A stretch of 40,930 nucleotides of DNA, from IMG/VR virus record IMGVR_UViG_3300020045_006991, positions 1-40,930 of that record. One strand, written 5' to 3'. The position numbers and the translations under genes are program-made. This DNA is from a virus. Its lineage: Duplodnaviria; Caudoviricetes. The notes beneath the pieces are model-generated. The model was not told the DNA's origin. It saw only the letters and a program-made list of their open reading frames with translations, and searched no databases. Below are positions 14,712 through 24,462 of the stretch, piece by piece; position 1 is the first letter of the stretch, and each line of letters starts with the position of its first letter.

Positions 14712-17246
14712 TTAAGACCTCATTCCGCTAACAAAATTACTGGTTAATCGTTCGTTCAATGTCGTTTTTATCTCGTTTGCCGCGCCCTTTGGGTCGGTGG
14801 ATTTTACATTGATTGTAATGACGTTGCTCTGTGTGTTTGTCGAGCCGACCATTCCCTGCGATACCATCGCACTTTTGGGCATTTCAGGCGTAAACCCCGT
14901 GCGTTCAGCTAGATTAAATTTAGGATTATTTTCCTTAACTTTTGGGTTGTTAGGAAACATTGGATCTTCGACTTCAATATACTCGTTTTCGCCTTGCTTG
15001 TCTTTTTTGCCAAGTGCTGATAATGCGGTAATTACTGGCACTGGTAAAGGCGATTCAATCGGTTGACTGTCTTTTTTTATAGGTAAAGGTGGTTCAGTGT
15101 TTTTATTTTCTTTTATTGGTTCTGGCGGCTGAACACGCGCTGCTTGCTGTGCTTGCATCAAGGGGGATAATTCAACTGGCTTTCCATTAATATCCTTATC
15201 GCCTTTTGGTATGATAATCGCCGCGGGAGCTAATGCCTTTTGTTCTTGAGTTGCTTGACTGCCAACAACCTCACCTAGTTTATTGTAATACCCTGCTTCC
15301 CGCGCGTGATGTGCTTGCCAATCGAACGGCACCCGACTACCATCGGATTTCCGTATAGTGTCTTGATCATAAGCCCATCCAACATAATTTTTTCCAGTCT
15401 CCTTCGACATTTCTTGCCATGAAGCGTCCTTTTTATCAAAAAAAGTTCCTAGCTTGCCCCTGTACTTACCTTTCATTTCAGCAACAGCAAATGCGGTCTG
15501 AGCATCGATAGTCGCCTGAGACTGTTCGATTTTACCGCCTTTCATCAATCCCTTAGCTTTCAATTCTTCTTCTAAAGCCGCGCCTCTATCGCCTTGCCAG
15601 CTCATCATTCCCACATTTACACCACGCGCGGGGTCGTTGTGATAGCCAAAAATAGTTTTAGCTTGGAAGTCGTTTTCGCGCCCCACTTGTGCAGTCATGA
15701 CCTTGGCTTGCTTATCATCTAATCCAGCTTTTTTAAAGCCTTCGTAGACGTTGCTCATCATTTGCCGCTGCGTTGCGTTTGTTTTTACGTCGCCATTCGG
15801 TTCATTTTCTGGCTTATCATCACCAAGACCTAGCGCATCTTTTGCTTTATCAACTAAACCAGCGGCGGGTTCAATGACGTTTCTACTCGCAAAATCGGTT
15901 AGTTCTTGCGTCAACTCCTTGACCTTGTTAATCATTGCGCTAAGCTTGTCTGTCCAGCCAGTTAGATTTAACTCAAATAGCGAACTAAAGCCATTCTTCC
16001 AGTTTTTAGAAATAATATCTCCAAACTGTTGACTAGAATTAATGGCAGGGTCTACGGTGTCTACCATAAAAGTATGTAGCGACTTATCCCACCGTTTTAC
16101 CGTGCTTTCGACTTCTTCTGGGCTTGGTAGTTTTACCTTTTGAAAAAGATTGATAATAGCGTCCGTGTTTGGCATTATAAATTTCATTGCCTTTTCATTC
16201 GCTTTACTCAACAACTCCCAAGCTGTTGAGCCGCCGCTAACCGCCTTTGCATACTTATCGGCGTTCTTAATGCCATTTTCAGCGGTTATTGTCCAGCTTT
16301 TTAAAGTGCTGTCGATTTGCTCTGCGTTCGGTAGATTTATTTCACCTAGCTTTTTAGTTAATGTCTCAAAAGCAGGCGTAAGCGAATTAACTACCCGCGT
16401 ACCGACTTTTGTCATTTGCTGGTCAAGGTCAAACCAGGCATGGTTTGCTTTGATAGCCGCCTCGGTATCGGCTTGCGTCATCGCCACTTTTTGCTTTTGG
16501 GCTTCAATCTGCCCTTGCATAGTGGTCTGGTCTTGCATGATAAATGGTAAAATCCCTTCTTGCGCACCCGCCTCTTTGACAGTCATTGCCGCGCTTGCGG
16601 TTGCCTGCTTTTCATCCATACCCTTATCCGTAAGGGATTTTTTTATGTTCTGGTAAATCTTGGCATATTCTTTTATCTGGTTTTCGGGGTCGGTCATTTT
16701 TCTAAAATCACCGCCAAACCTCGTAAAAGTCTCGCCGTAAACCTCGCGAATATTAGAGCCTTGTACGTTTATCTTTGCCCGTTTATCCGCTTCGGCTTTA
16801 AGCTGTGCGGTCATTGCGCCCTCTGCACCGCCTGCCCGTTGAGCCGCTGCTTCCATTGCATTAAGCTGGTTTACATTTACGCCGATTTGTTGCGATAAAA
16901 TCCCAGTGCTTGCCGCTGCGTTCACGGTATTTTTTGCAAACGATGCTAAACCCTGCCCGGCGGTAAAGACACCGAGCATCATTATCGCCTCATTGCGGAT
17001 TTTGCTGAAAAACTGAGACGCACCCGCGCCGTGTTCTTGCATCGATCGTGCGGTTCTGTGGCTGTTATCGTTTAACTGATTTTGACTATTTTGTACGGAT
17101 TGACTGAGGTTGTTAGCACTATCGGCAGTCTGTGCGGATTCATTGCGTAAATCGGCTAAAGATTTTGAAGCGTCCGCCGTGCCTTGCTCAAAGCCTTTGC
17201 TCTCTAAATTTAGCTCAACTATGAGACTGTCGATAATGGTTGGCAC
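14712..17246 (-). CDS. Tape measure protein with phage tail lysozyme-like domain
   Basis: MPTIIDSLIVEL start, helical body, AQVGREN...NVGMMSWQGDR lysozyme-like segment. Confidence 0.88.
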   Translation of the reverse strand: MPTIIDSLIVELNLESKGFEQGTADASKSLADLRNESAQTADSANNLSQSVQNSQNQLNDNSHRTARSMQEHGAGASQFFSKIRNEAIMMLGVFTAGQGLASFAKNTVNAAASTGILSQQIGVNVNQLNAMEAAAQRAGGAEGAMTAQLKAEADKRAKINVQGSNIREVYGETFTRFGGDFRKMTDPENQIKEYAKIYQNIKKSLTDKGMDEKQATASAAMTVKEAGAQEGILPFIMQDQTTMQGQIEAQKQKVAMTQADTEAAIKANHAWFDLDQQMTKVGTRVVNSLTPAFETLTKKLGEINLPNAEQIDSTLKSWTITAENGIKNADKYAKAVSGGSTAWELLSKANEKAMKFIMPNTDAIINLFQKVKLPSPEEVESTVKRWDKSLHTFMVDTVDPAINSSQQFGDIISKNWKNGFSSLFELNLTGWTDKLSAMINKVKELTQELTDFASRNVIEPAAGLVDKAKDALGLGDDKPENEPNGDVKTNATQRQMMSNVYEGFKKAGLDDKQAKVMTAQVGRENDFQAKTIFGYHNDPARGVNVGMMSWQGDRGAALEEELKAKGLMKGGKIEQSQATIDAQTAFAVAEMKGKYRGKLGTFFDKKDASWQEMSKETGKNYVGWAYDQDTIRKSDGSRVPFDWQAHHAREAGYYNKLGEVVGSQATQEQKALAPAAIIIPKGDKDINGKPVELSPLMQAQQAARVQPPEPIKENKNTEPPLPIKKDSQPIESPLPVPVITALSALGKKDKQGENEYIEVEDPMFPNNPKVKENNPKFNLAERTGFTPEMPKSAMVSQGMVGSTNTQSNVITINVKSTDPKGAANEIKTTLNERLTSNFVSGMRS

Positions 17247-17249
17247 TGG

Positions 17250-17483
17250 CTATTCCTCACTTAAAATTCGTTGATTGTAATTGTCTACCGCTACCACTTC
17301 GTACATATTCAAAACATCTTCCATACTAAACCATTCTTGCAAGTCTTTGATTGTAGTCATATTTTTAACCATTATCACCCCAAACATTGCAGGAACATTC
17401 GCGTATTCGATTAAAAGATGTTCTTTTGGGTGCTTCTTAAACCGCCAAGGTTCGTATTTATCAAGCCGCTGACGGTCTATTAA
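17250..17483 (-). CDS. Tail assembly chaperone C-terminal extension (-1 frameshift product)
   Basis: Open -1 frame from slippery T TTT TTT to TAG at 17250: LIDRQRL...EYANVP...EDVLNMYEVVAVDNYN. Confidence 0.75.
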   Translation of the reverse strand, partial: LIDRQRLDKYEPWRFKKHPKEHLLIEYANVPAMFGVIMVKNMTTIKDLQEWFSMEDVLNMYEVVAVDNYNQRILSEE

Positions 17484-17923
17484 AAAAAACTGTGTAGCTG
17501 AAAAACCTCGCTGTATAGCGTGTTAAATGTGCTTGATTCTTCGATGTGATGTTCGGGCAATAACTCCATAACATTGCCATCGGCTGTTTGTAATTTTACG
17601 CAAGCGATTAACTCAGCCAACAATTTTAAAAGCTGTTGCTCGTCAACATTCGCCATCAAGTATAAAAAGGCTTTTAACAGTGAGTTGGTAAAAAAATCAC
17701 CATTCTCTGTCGGATTGCTAATGGATTGACGGATACCGTTAATAATGCCGCCGATACCCATATCGACCAACTCTTGAGGCAATTCAACGCCTGATTTAGC
17801 AAGCTGTCTAGCGCACGATAAACCCCATTTGTTAGTGTTCCACGCGCTCATTTCAGTAATAACGAACATCTTGCCTTTATCGCGCCCTTCACGTTCGATA
17901 ATAATCGTTTTTGAATTTCTCAC
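17480..17923 (-). CDS. Tail assembly chaperone
   Basis: GRDKGKMFVITEMSA motif; ends in T8 slippery run; upstream of tape measure. Confidence 0.82.
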   Translation of the reverse strand: MRNSKTIIIEREGRDKGKMFVITEMSAWNTNKWGLSCARQLAKSGVELPQELVDMGIGGIINGIRQSISNPTENGDFFTNSLLKAFLYLMANVDEQQLLKLLAELIACVKLQTADGNVMELLPEHHIEESSTFNTLYSEVFQLHSFF

Positions 17924-18204
17924 TATCTCACCTTCGGCAATGGTTCAGCGGTAAGACATTGCAAAGGCATACTTTTTTGCTTGATTTCAACGCCATCGGG
18001 CTTAATGTGACAATGGACAATAAAGCTCACTGTGTCGTTTGTTTCTGAGCTTTTTGTAATAGACGGTTGCCCGATAAATTTAACGCCGTCAGGTTGTGCA
18101 ATAAATAATTCTAAGCCAGCGGGTTTTTGTTCCGTGCAAACAGGCGTTTCTTCGTTTGACAAAATAGCCAAAAGTTCTTTTAATTCGTGTGGCGTTACGT
18201 TCAT
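17923..18204 (-). CDS. Hypothetical protein (inserted in tail operon)
   Basis: 93-aa ORF with its own structured leader. Confidence 0.65.
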   Translation of the reverse strand: MNVTPHELKELLAILSNEETPVCTEQKPAGLELFIAQPDGVKFIGQPSITKSSETNDTVSFIVHCHIKPDGVEIKQKSMPLQCLTAEPLPKVR

Positions 18205-18261
18205 TTTATTCTCTTAGTCAAGTTAAAAGGGGCGGCGCGTGACTTGACCACGCGCCTAGCC
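18205..18261 (-). ncRNA. Hairpin leader with loop complementary to a pre-RBS site
   Basis: 8-bp stem 18234-18241 with 18249-18256; loop GUCAAGU pairs with ACUUGAC (18217-18223). Confidence 0.55.
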
Positions 18262-18277
18262 GTAAAGTGGCTTAGGC

Positions 18278-18985
18278 TTATTCAATTAATTTAGTTCTGT
18301 GTTTCATAGCAAAAGCAATTAATTTCTTCTTACGTTCTTCATACCCAATACCAGCCATTAAATACGATTCATTTCTTCTGCGCACAATTGCCAACAAAAT
18401 AACTTGTTCATTAGATAATTTACTTCCCCATTCCATTTGAGCTGCAATATCATCGTCATTGCTGTTTAATATGCATTGATAAAGCATATTGGTTTCTTCA
18501 TACTCTTTGTCGCATTCAGCATGATCGACGCATAGATTACAACAGCCCTTACAGTTGTTTTTATTGTACTCAATATCCTTATTTCTCGTAATAAAACCAG
18601 TCATGCCTTGTGCCATTTGACAAGCAAACGCCTCAGATTTATTAGCACCATCGCGCTGTTTTTTCTCTAACCTATGATAATCATTAGTGGTTAGTTTTTG
18701 CGGCAATACAGAATTAATGGTTGTTATTGCATCATTAAAAGACACATCAAAATATTCGCCAATTTTTCTTTTTGCTTTTAATAATTCATGAACCATTGAT
18801 TCTATTAAATACCAATTTTCTAGCTCATAAGAAACCCAATAATTAATAGATGCCTTCCCTGATTGAGTCTCTATTGTTCTTATGCGTTGTAAAGGATTTA
18901 TTGAGCATCCTATTTTTACATGGTTGCTATCAGTTTCTATGGCATAAACATAGCCAACGCATTTACTTACTAATTCAGTTTTCAT
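18278..18985 (-). CDS. T5orf172-like (GIY-YIG superfamily) protein with antirepressor-like C-terminus
   Basis: GYVYAI...VKIGCSINPLQRI...E...H...GEYF; C-terminal N...L..GI.YEERKKKL. Confidence 0.8.
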   Translation of the reverse strand: MKTELVSKCVGYVYAIETDSNHVKIGCSINPLQRIRTIETQSGKASINYWVSYELENWYLIESMVHELLKAKRKIGEYFDVSFNDAITTINSVLPQKLTTNDYHRLEKKQRDGANKSEAFACQMAQGMTGFITRNKDIEYNKNNCKGCCNLCVDHAECDKEYEETNMLYQCILNSNDDDIAAQMEWGSKLSNEQVILLAIVRRRNESYLMAGIGYEERKKKLIAFAMKHRTKLIE

Positions 18986-19087
18986 TTTACTTGCCTTAAA
19001 TAGCTCGCCATTAAAGTTGATACCATCGGGAACGCTGGCAAGTTGCTACGGCTAATTAGACCGCCCGATGGTGTTTACATTATAGCA
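18986..19087 (-). ncRNA. Structured leader RNA 3 with extended -10 promoter
   Basis: TGcTATAAT 19079-19087; 9-bp stem 19022-19030 with 19064-19072; loop ACUUGCCA complementary to 19003-19010 and 18989-18995. Confidence 0.65.
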
Positions 19088-19537
19088 TTAAATCTTAGTG
19101 ATTTTCGACCAATCGATAGTAAAAGCAACGGGCTGAACTACTTTTTTGACGTTTGGAATAGGTGTCCATTCAGACAGCACACCGTTAGTCAATGCAAAAC
19201 TAGCGCGGATAGATGGTATCTCGATGATACTTGAGTTGATCCATACCGTTTCTTCTTGGCGTTCCATTTCATAAAAAAGCAAGTTAAAAATTTCCAAGCT
19301 CGCAGACGTTGGAGCTAATGTGCCGCGTAACTGCTTGAGCTGTGGAATATAACCGGCGTTTAACTGACCATCAATACCAATGTAAGACTCGATAAGCTTT
19401 ACTGCTTGGACGCTAAAAGCATCATCGGCACTGAAACCCTCTACCTTGTGACCGACAATGCCAATTGATGGAATATTGATAATCCACGATGCACTAATCG
19501 CTGTGGTGCTTTTTGGGCTTTGTGATGTTAAAGACAT
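19088..19537 (-). CDS. Tail tube protein
   Basis: GFSADDAF...GIDGQLNAGY; follows sheath. Confidence 0.8.
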   Translation of the reverse strand: MSLTSQSPKSTTAISASWIINIPSIGIVGHKVEGFSADDAFSVQAVKLIESYIGIDGQLNAGYIPQLKQLRGTLAPTSASLEIFNLLFYEMERQEETVWINSSIIEIPSIRASFALTNGVLSEWTPIPNVKKVVQPVAFTIDWSKITKI

Positions 19538-19550
19538 TTTTCAGCCCTCC

Positions 19551-21047
19551 TTATTGTGCATTAAATACAGGTATGTGCAATCTGTGGATTGACTGACCTG
19601 ACGTGTAAACAAAAATAATCACCGGTGTACCGCGTCCAGCTCTTACCGCCGCGCTTGGATCTTCGACAGACATAAAAAAGCCGTTAGTCGCTACCGTATC
19701 ACCGCTGCCGCTTGTGCCAGTCAGGTTATCAATCAAAACCCGCTGCGTACTATCAAGTGCAACACCCGCTGTGATAACGCCGATTTCAATCGCGGGCGCA
19801 ATTACATCACCATTCCACACAGTTTTTAATTTTGCATAGTTGGCTTTGTTGTACGGTAAACGACTGATTTGAGTTAGCAAAGATAACGCAGACTCTTGAA
19901 ATTTTGAACGCAAGTAAATTTGACCCGCAAAATCATCAATCCACCGCCAATCACCGGTAATCATGCCGTGCATTAAGAAATTCTTATCTTGCGTACGACT
20001 TGCCCAGTCACCATAAAAGTTAATGCCTTTGGCTTCGAGTGTTGCTGCGTCAATGTTGGTGGTAATGGTTGCCGCTAAACCCGCTTGTGATTTATACGCC
20101 ATGTCTTTCCAGCCGTTTGGACGGGTAACGTCTACGCCTGCCAAGCCGCCAGAAATTAGAGCCGCGTAATTTACGCCACCGTAAACCACCGCCGTACCAT
20201 CACTGTTTAATGCTTTTAACACACTGCCTAAATCGGTAGCGGTTGCCGCGTTTAACTGCGTGGTGTCGGTGTCCCAAGCTACATAAATGTAGTCGCTGTT
20301 TTTGTTGTTAGTCCAAGATGCGAATAACTCTTTATTGGCTAGGTCTGGCTCGAAAACAGTAAAAAATGTTACCCAGTTGCGGTGGTTTAATACAACCGCA
20401 TCCATCGTTTCAGACGGCGTTTGGATTGCAATACCTTGAGACAATACCGCGCCTGTAGCAACCGTTAACTTTAAATCAGTTGATAGTGTGCCGGTCGCTG
20501 CCGTGATAGTGCTTAACGCGCCTGTGGTAATGCTTGATATTTCAAAGCCACCGCTGATACTGTCATAAGTACAGACGGGTAACTCAGTAGGGAACGCCGT
20601 AGCAAGTGCTGTCGTGATTAGGGTCGCTGCATTGCTGAAAGACGTTGCCGCTGTCAATACAATAGATGCTGTGGTCGCTGTAGTGCCATCAACCGACAGG
20701 GTTAATGTGCCAGACATTGCTTTTAATGCTACCAGCGTGACCGCTGACATATCGCCGCCGCGTAAGAACGCAGAACGCGCCGCATTGGCATGATGGTAAA
20801 AATTTAAAGCGTTTGGAATTTTAGTGCTGTTATCGAAACTATTGAAATAAATAGCTGCGATAGATGCCTCTGCACTTGAACTGCCAAAGTAGTCTTGTAC
20901 CTGCAAAAGTGTATTGAGTGTTAAAAATTGAGCTACTGGTAACTGAGTGTTCTCAGTAATCAGTAGACCGTTAAACTGCAAGCCATCGCCTGAGGGTTTT
21001 ACTACTCCTGCGCTGGTTGAGATCAGAGAATCGACATTTATTGTCAT
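19551..21047 (-). CDS. Tail sheath protein (DUF3383-like)
   Basis: V.DYFG.SS.E...A..YF, ATSFSNAA, NW.TF, GINFYG, R..R.TP motifs. Confidence 0.88.
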   Translation of the reverse strand: MTINVDSLISTSAGVVKPSGDGLQFNGLLITENTQLPVAQFLTLNTLLQVQDYFGSSSAEASIAAIYFNSFDNSTKIPNALNFYHHANAARSAFLRGGDMSAVTLVALKAMSGTLTLSVDGTTATTASIVLTAATSFSNAATLITTALATAFPTELPVCTYDSISGGFEISSITTGALSTITAATGTLSTDLKLTVATGAVLSQGIAIQTPSETMDAVVLNHRNWVTFFTVFEPDLANKELFASWTNNKNSDYIYVAWDTDTTQLNAATATDLGSVLKALNSDGTAVVYGGVNYAALISGGLAGVDVTRPNGWKDMAYKSQAGLAATITTNIDAATLEAKGINFYGDWASRTQDKNFLMHGMITGDWRWIDDFAGQIYLRSKFQESALSLLTQISRLPYNKANYAKLKTVWNGDVIAPAIEIGVITAGVALDSTQRVLIDNLTGTSGSGDTVATNGFFMSVEDPSAAVRAGRGTPVIIFVYTSGQSIHRLHIPVFNAQ

Positions 21048-21077
21048 TGCGTGTCACCTTGTCTTAGGCGGTTAAAA

Positions 21078-21608
21078 TTATAGAGCGGTTGGTGTTTTAT
21101 CAGCTTCGTGGAAAATAGTAAACTCGATAACGGTCGCGCTATCCTGCGATTGTGTCCATGAAGTATTAAATTGCAAACTTGCGTCCAGCGTCCAGCGTTG
21201 CGCTTGCTGGTTTTCAGCGTCATTATAAGGCATATTCGTCGGGTCGGTGCTAAATAATGGCGTAACGCCGTATCGTTCCATCAAGTCACTTCTGCACAGC
21301 ATTAATAATCCGTTAGCTGTTGCGTGGGCGTTTGTGCCGTAGCTGTCTAATTGCACGACTAGCGTACTAAATAATAAATCTGCACGGTTGCATTCATTTA
21401 CGGCTGGTGCGGATCGGTTCGGGTAATAGGTTTCGTTTGTTTGTTGCCGTTCTTCGCGGATGACTGTTAGTGTAACAAAGTCGCCAAGTGGTACGGGTGT
21501 GCGGTTTTCGACACCTAAAGCAACGCCAACGCCCAATAATCCCACGATGGCATTGCCCAATAGCTTAAGTTCTTCACGAACGGTATTGGATGGCATGATA
21601 GCGGTCAT
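21078..21608 (-). CDS. Neck / tail terminator-like protein
   Basis: VQLDSYG, PLF..DP, RWTL motifs; start revised to coupled ATG 21608. Confidence 0.72.
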   Translation of the reverse strand: MTAIMPSNTVREELKLLGNAIVGLLGVGVALGVENRTPVPLGDFVTLTVIREERQQTNETYYPNRSAPAVNECNRADLLFSTLVVQLDSYGTNAHATANGLLMLCRSDLMERYGVTPLFSTDPTNMPYNDAENQQAQRWTLDASLQFNTSWTQSQDSATVIEFTIFHEADKTPTAL

Positions 21609-21967
21609 AATTGTTTTTGCACAATAGCTATAGTGTGATCGGGAAACGTTTCTTGAATATGCACGACTAGCCAATCATGGCTATCAAAATTAAGCATATC
21701 GCCGCCCTTTTGGTCTGGCTTAGAAACGCCGCGTAGTTCATCGGCACATATCACACTACGCATTTCACCTTGAAAATTTAGGTTAAACATGGCGTGCAAC
21801 TGGTCACTGCTTAACGCCTGAACTTGTGCAAGTATCGTTGTACTTGTATAGCTTGGCACGCGTTCAAAATGGTCGTTCTGGGTTATGCCAGTGTAGCGTT
21901 TAAGTGTAATTGAGCGGTTAGCATTTACAATGCCAACGAACCCAACTGCTAATCCATGCAGATTCAT
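21605..21967 (-). CDS. Head closure / neck protein
   Basis: MNLHG...AQVQAL...GGD...WLV...E. Confidence 0.72.
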   Translation of the reverse strand: MNLHGLAVGFVGIVNANRSITLKRYTGITQNDHFERVPSYTSTTILAQVQALSSDQLHAMFNLNFQGEMRSVICADELRGVSKPDQKGGDMLNFDSHDWLVVHIQETFPDHTIAIVQKQL

Positions 21968-22428
21968 TCTTTAGCCTCTACCGTGCCGATGCACGTTGCC
22001 AGCATATAACCAGTATCAACCAAGGGCTTGCTAATATTACTGCTTTTAGCTTTGCCGCTTGCTGTTCTACGCACACGGGCGCGTACAGTCGATGCTTTTA
22101 ATGCTGGCGTAGTTACTGCGATAATACCCGCTTGAATATCCGCCGCCATTGTTACCGCCGTTAATTCCAACGCATCACGTCCACTCATGCCACTCTTTAT
22201 CATGCCGCCTAGATTGTCCACCCACTTTTGCTTATTACTGGCAATCGCAGGACGCATAAAAGGGCGTGGTGGAATGTTGTGTGCAGGGTCGCCTTTTTCT
22301 TGAATCAATGCTACATGAGCCACTGGCGTTCCATTTGGATAAACAGCCGTTGGGAACCATCCAGCCTTAGCGGTATTATCTTTTAAATCAGCTACAAGGT
22401 TTTGCAAATGGCGGGTTAAATCATCCAT
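21964..22428 (-). CDS. Neck / tail completion protein
   Basis: YPNGTPVA.VA..QE.G...IPPRPFMRP...KPLVDTG. Confidence 0.8.
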   Translation of the reverse strand: MDDLTRHLQNLVADLKDNTAKAGWFPTAVYPNGTPVAHVALIQEKGDPAHNIPPRPFMRPAIASNKQKWVDNLGGMIKSGMSGRDALELTAVTMAADIQAGIIAVTTPALKASTVRARVRRTASGKAKSSNISKPLVDTGYMLATCIGTVEAKE

Positions 22429-22867
22429 TTGTAAACGTCCCGTTAGGATTTCTAAAGTTACCCGTTACACCATTGCCGCCCACATAAACACCCACCGCGC
22501 CTTTGACTCTCAATAGTGCCAATAACTGCGTACCATAGGGCGATTGATTGAGCCAATATTGAAACTGGTTTTTAGTAGGCGGAGGCATTAAGCCAATCGA
22601 TACCGCGCCTTCGCTGGCACTGGTCACGACACCGATAGGGCTACCCTTGGCTATCATGTCAGACAAATAGAGTAAGTGCGCACACATTAAATTGAGCGCG
22701 TATTGCCGCTGTCCGTCTTTTAAATTACCGTAATTGCTAGTGCTAACATACGCGCTACCCATGCCCCAAGTGTTAGTTATTAACAGGTCTGGGTATGTGG
22801 TCGCGTTCGAGTATGCCGCGCATTGAACGCGGAATAACGGAATATCAACTACTAGCAAAGTGGTCAT
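22421..22867 (-). CDS. Head-tail adaptor (DUF4054-like)
   Basis: FR, L.LM.AHLL.L, SASEG.VS, W.NQSPYG. Confidence 0.8.
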   Translation of the reverse strand: MTTLLVVDIPLFRVQCAAYSNATTYPDLLITNTWGMGSAYVSTSNYGNLKDGQRQYALNLMCAHLLYLSDMIAKGSPIGVVTSASEGAVSIGLMPPPTKNQFQYWLNQSPYGTQLLALLRVKGAVGVYVGGNGVTGNFRNPNGTFTNG

Positions 22868-22873
22868 AATAGA

Positions 22874-23269
22874 TTAATCCCGTCTTTTCTTTTTGCTTGC
22901 CGCCGTTGGGTCATCAAAATCAAGCGTGACACCTAAATTAATATCTTCCATCAGGTTATCCACATCGTTTTGATTCATCGGTGCGCTTGCATCGCGTGAC
23001 TCTAAATCACCCGCTACACGTTCGGCGTTATCGTCACTGGTTACAGTAATAAAGCCGTTATCGACGTGACGCTGAAACAATGGGTTTGATTTTAATAGAC
23101 CTAAGTCTTCGTCATTAACTTCGGTAATTGCGCCGTTTAATGTCACTAAGTGACGATTATTTAACCCATGACCGCCATTAACACGGATTGATTTAATGGG
23201 ATTAATTCCATCATAAACCGTATATTCTTGCGCGTTAGTCAGTGTTGATGCTATGTAATTTTTACTCAT
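22874..23269 (-). CDS. Conserved hypothetical protein after capsid gene
   Basis: TEV..EDL..L..NP.F.RH..NGFI pattern. Confidence 0.72.
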   Translation of the reverse strand: MSKNYIASTLTNAQEYTVYDGINPIKSIRVNGGHGLNNRHLVTLNGAITEVNDEDLGLLKSNPLFQRHVDNGFITVTSDDNAERVAGDLESRDASAPMNQNDVDNLMEDINLGVTLDFDDPTAASKKKRRD

Positions 23270-23324
23270 GTTGCCCTCGATTATTTAAATTACCCGCCGA
23301 ATTACCAGCGGGAATTATATCAGC

Positions 23325-24461
23325 TTACGCCATGCCTGAGTATCTGACTACCAAAATAGGACGCTTAACAATAACACCCGCAACTCTTTGGGCAAACGCT
23401 TCATTAACGCCACCGTTTAAGTTTGGCAATGAGGCAACTAAGAACATTTTTGACTGGATCAAGTTAACAATGGTATTGCCGTCGTCAGTAGATCGGTCAA
23501 CATTTAGAGCAGTGTCCTTGTACATATACCACGCATCAGCACCGCCGTTTAACCCTGTTAATTCGGGTAAAACTTCAATTCTGATTTGCGGATAGTTGTC
23601 CTTTACCCATGTTAAAAGAGTCATATTGCCATACGCATTAGGCTCTGTCAGTGATGATTTTACGCTGGTAGGAATAACCCATGTAAACGCTTCTGTGTCT
23701 GGGTCAAAACCACCTTTAGAGTTAGTCAATAAACGATTAACTGACAAACGAATATCGTTAGTTTTTTCTAACCATGTTTTAGTTGACCATAAAGGACTCG
23801 CACCAACAGCACCATTAGGGAACGATTGATAGGCTTCCAAGTTCGGGTCGTTGAATAGTCCGAATGTACGATTTCCGCCGCCGTTATAGCCATTTAAAGC
23901 GATAGCATTAGCGTTAATTTCAAAAGCAATTTCAACGGCACTGCGTTTTTCTTCTGCATCATTGATACCGATAGCGGACATTCTGTTAGTTTCCAATAAG
24001 CGGGTTTGTAAGCCAGCTTGAAACGCTACAGTGTGTCTGTATGGGTATGTTTGAGTGTAAGACGATTGTTGTACATCGGCTAAATCGCCGTACAAACTTA
24101 CGCCCGCGTGTTGCTCCAAAGAGCGCACAACGATGGTTTCAGTTTCAAAGCCGCCCGCCTGAACAAAGCCTAAAACTCGTTCTGCGTTACGCGGTGCAGT
24201 ATGAGCGCGGACAGTGCCTGGCAACCAATGTTGATAAAACTGTGCTAACGCTGGAGTGTTGAATGGGAGTTGTGCCGCTGCCGCGCTATCCATAGTCGCT
24301 TTGATAGATTCACGCAATGCACCATCATAACCACCATAGCCCATCTTTTTAATAGATGCCGCGTCCATTGTGCCGATGTTTTTCTTTTCGGCGTTAAATT
24401 TAGTAATTTTAGTCGGGGGGACAAAATAGTCCTTCTGACTGTTTAACATGTGTTCGTTCAT
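23325..24461 (-). CDS. Major capsid protein (DUF2184-like)
   Basis: YGD, N...FGLFNDPNL, W.KDNYP, AGVIVKRP; start revised to ATG 24461 (GGGAG RBS). Confidence 0.88.
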   Translation of the reverse strand: MNEHMLNSQKDYFVPPTKITKFNAEKKNIGTMDAASIKKMGYGGYDGALRESIKATMDSAAAAQLPFNTPALAQFYQHWLPGTVRAHTAPRNAERVLGFVQAGGFETETIVVRSLEQHAGVSLYGDLADVQQSSYTQTYPYRHTVAFQAGLQTRLLETNRMSAIGINDAEEKRSAVEIAFEINANAIALNGYNGGGNRTFGLFNDPNLEAYQSFPNGAVGASPLWSTKTWLEKTNDIRLSVNRLLTNSKGGFDPDTEAFTWVIPTSVKSSLTEPNAYGNMTLLTWVKDNYPQIRIEVLPELTGLNGGADAWYMYKDTALNVDRSTDDGNTIVNLIQSKMFLVASLPNLNGGVNEAFAQRVAGVIVKRPILVVRYSGMA

Positions 24462-24462
24462 C

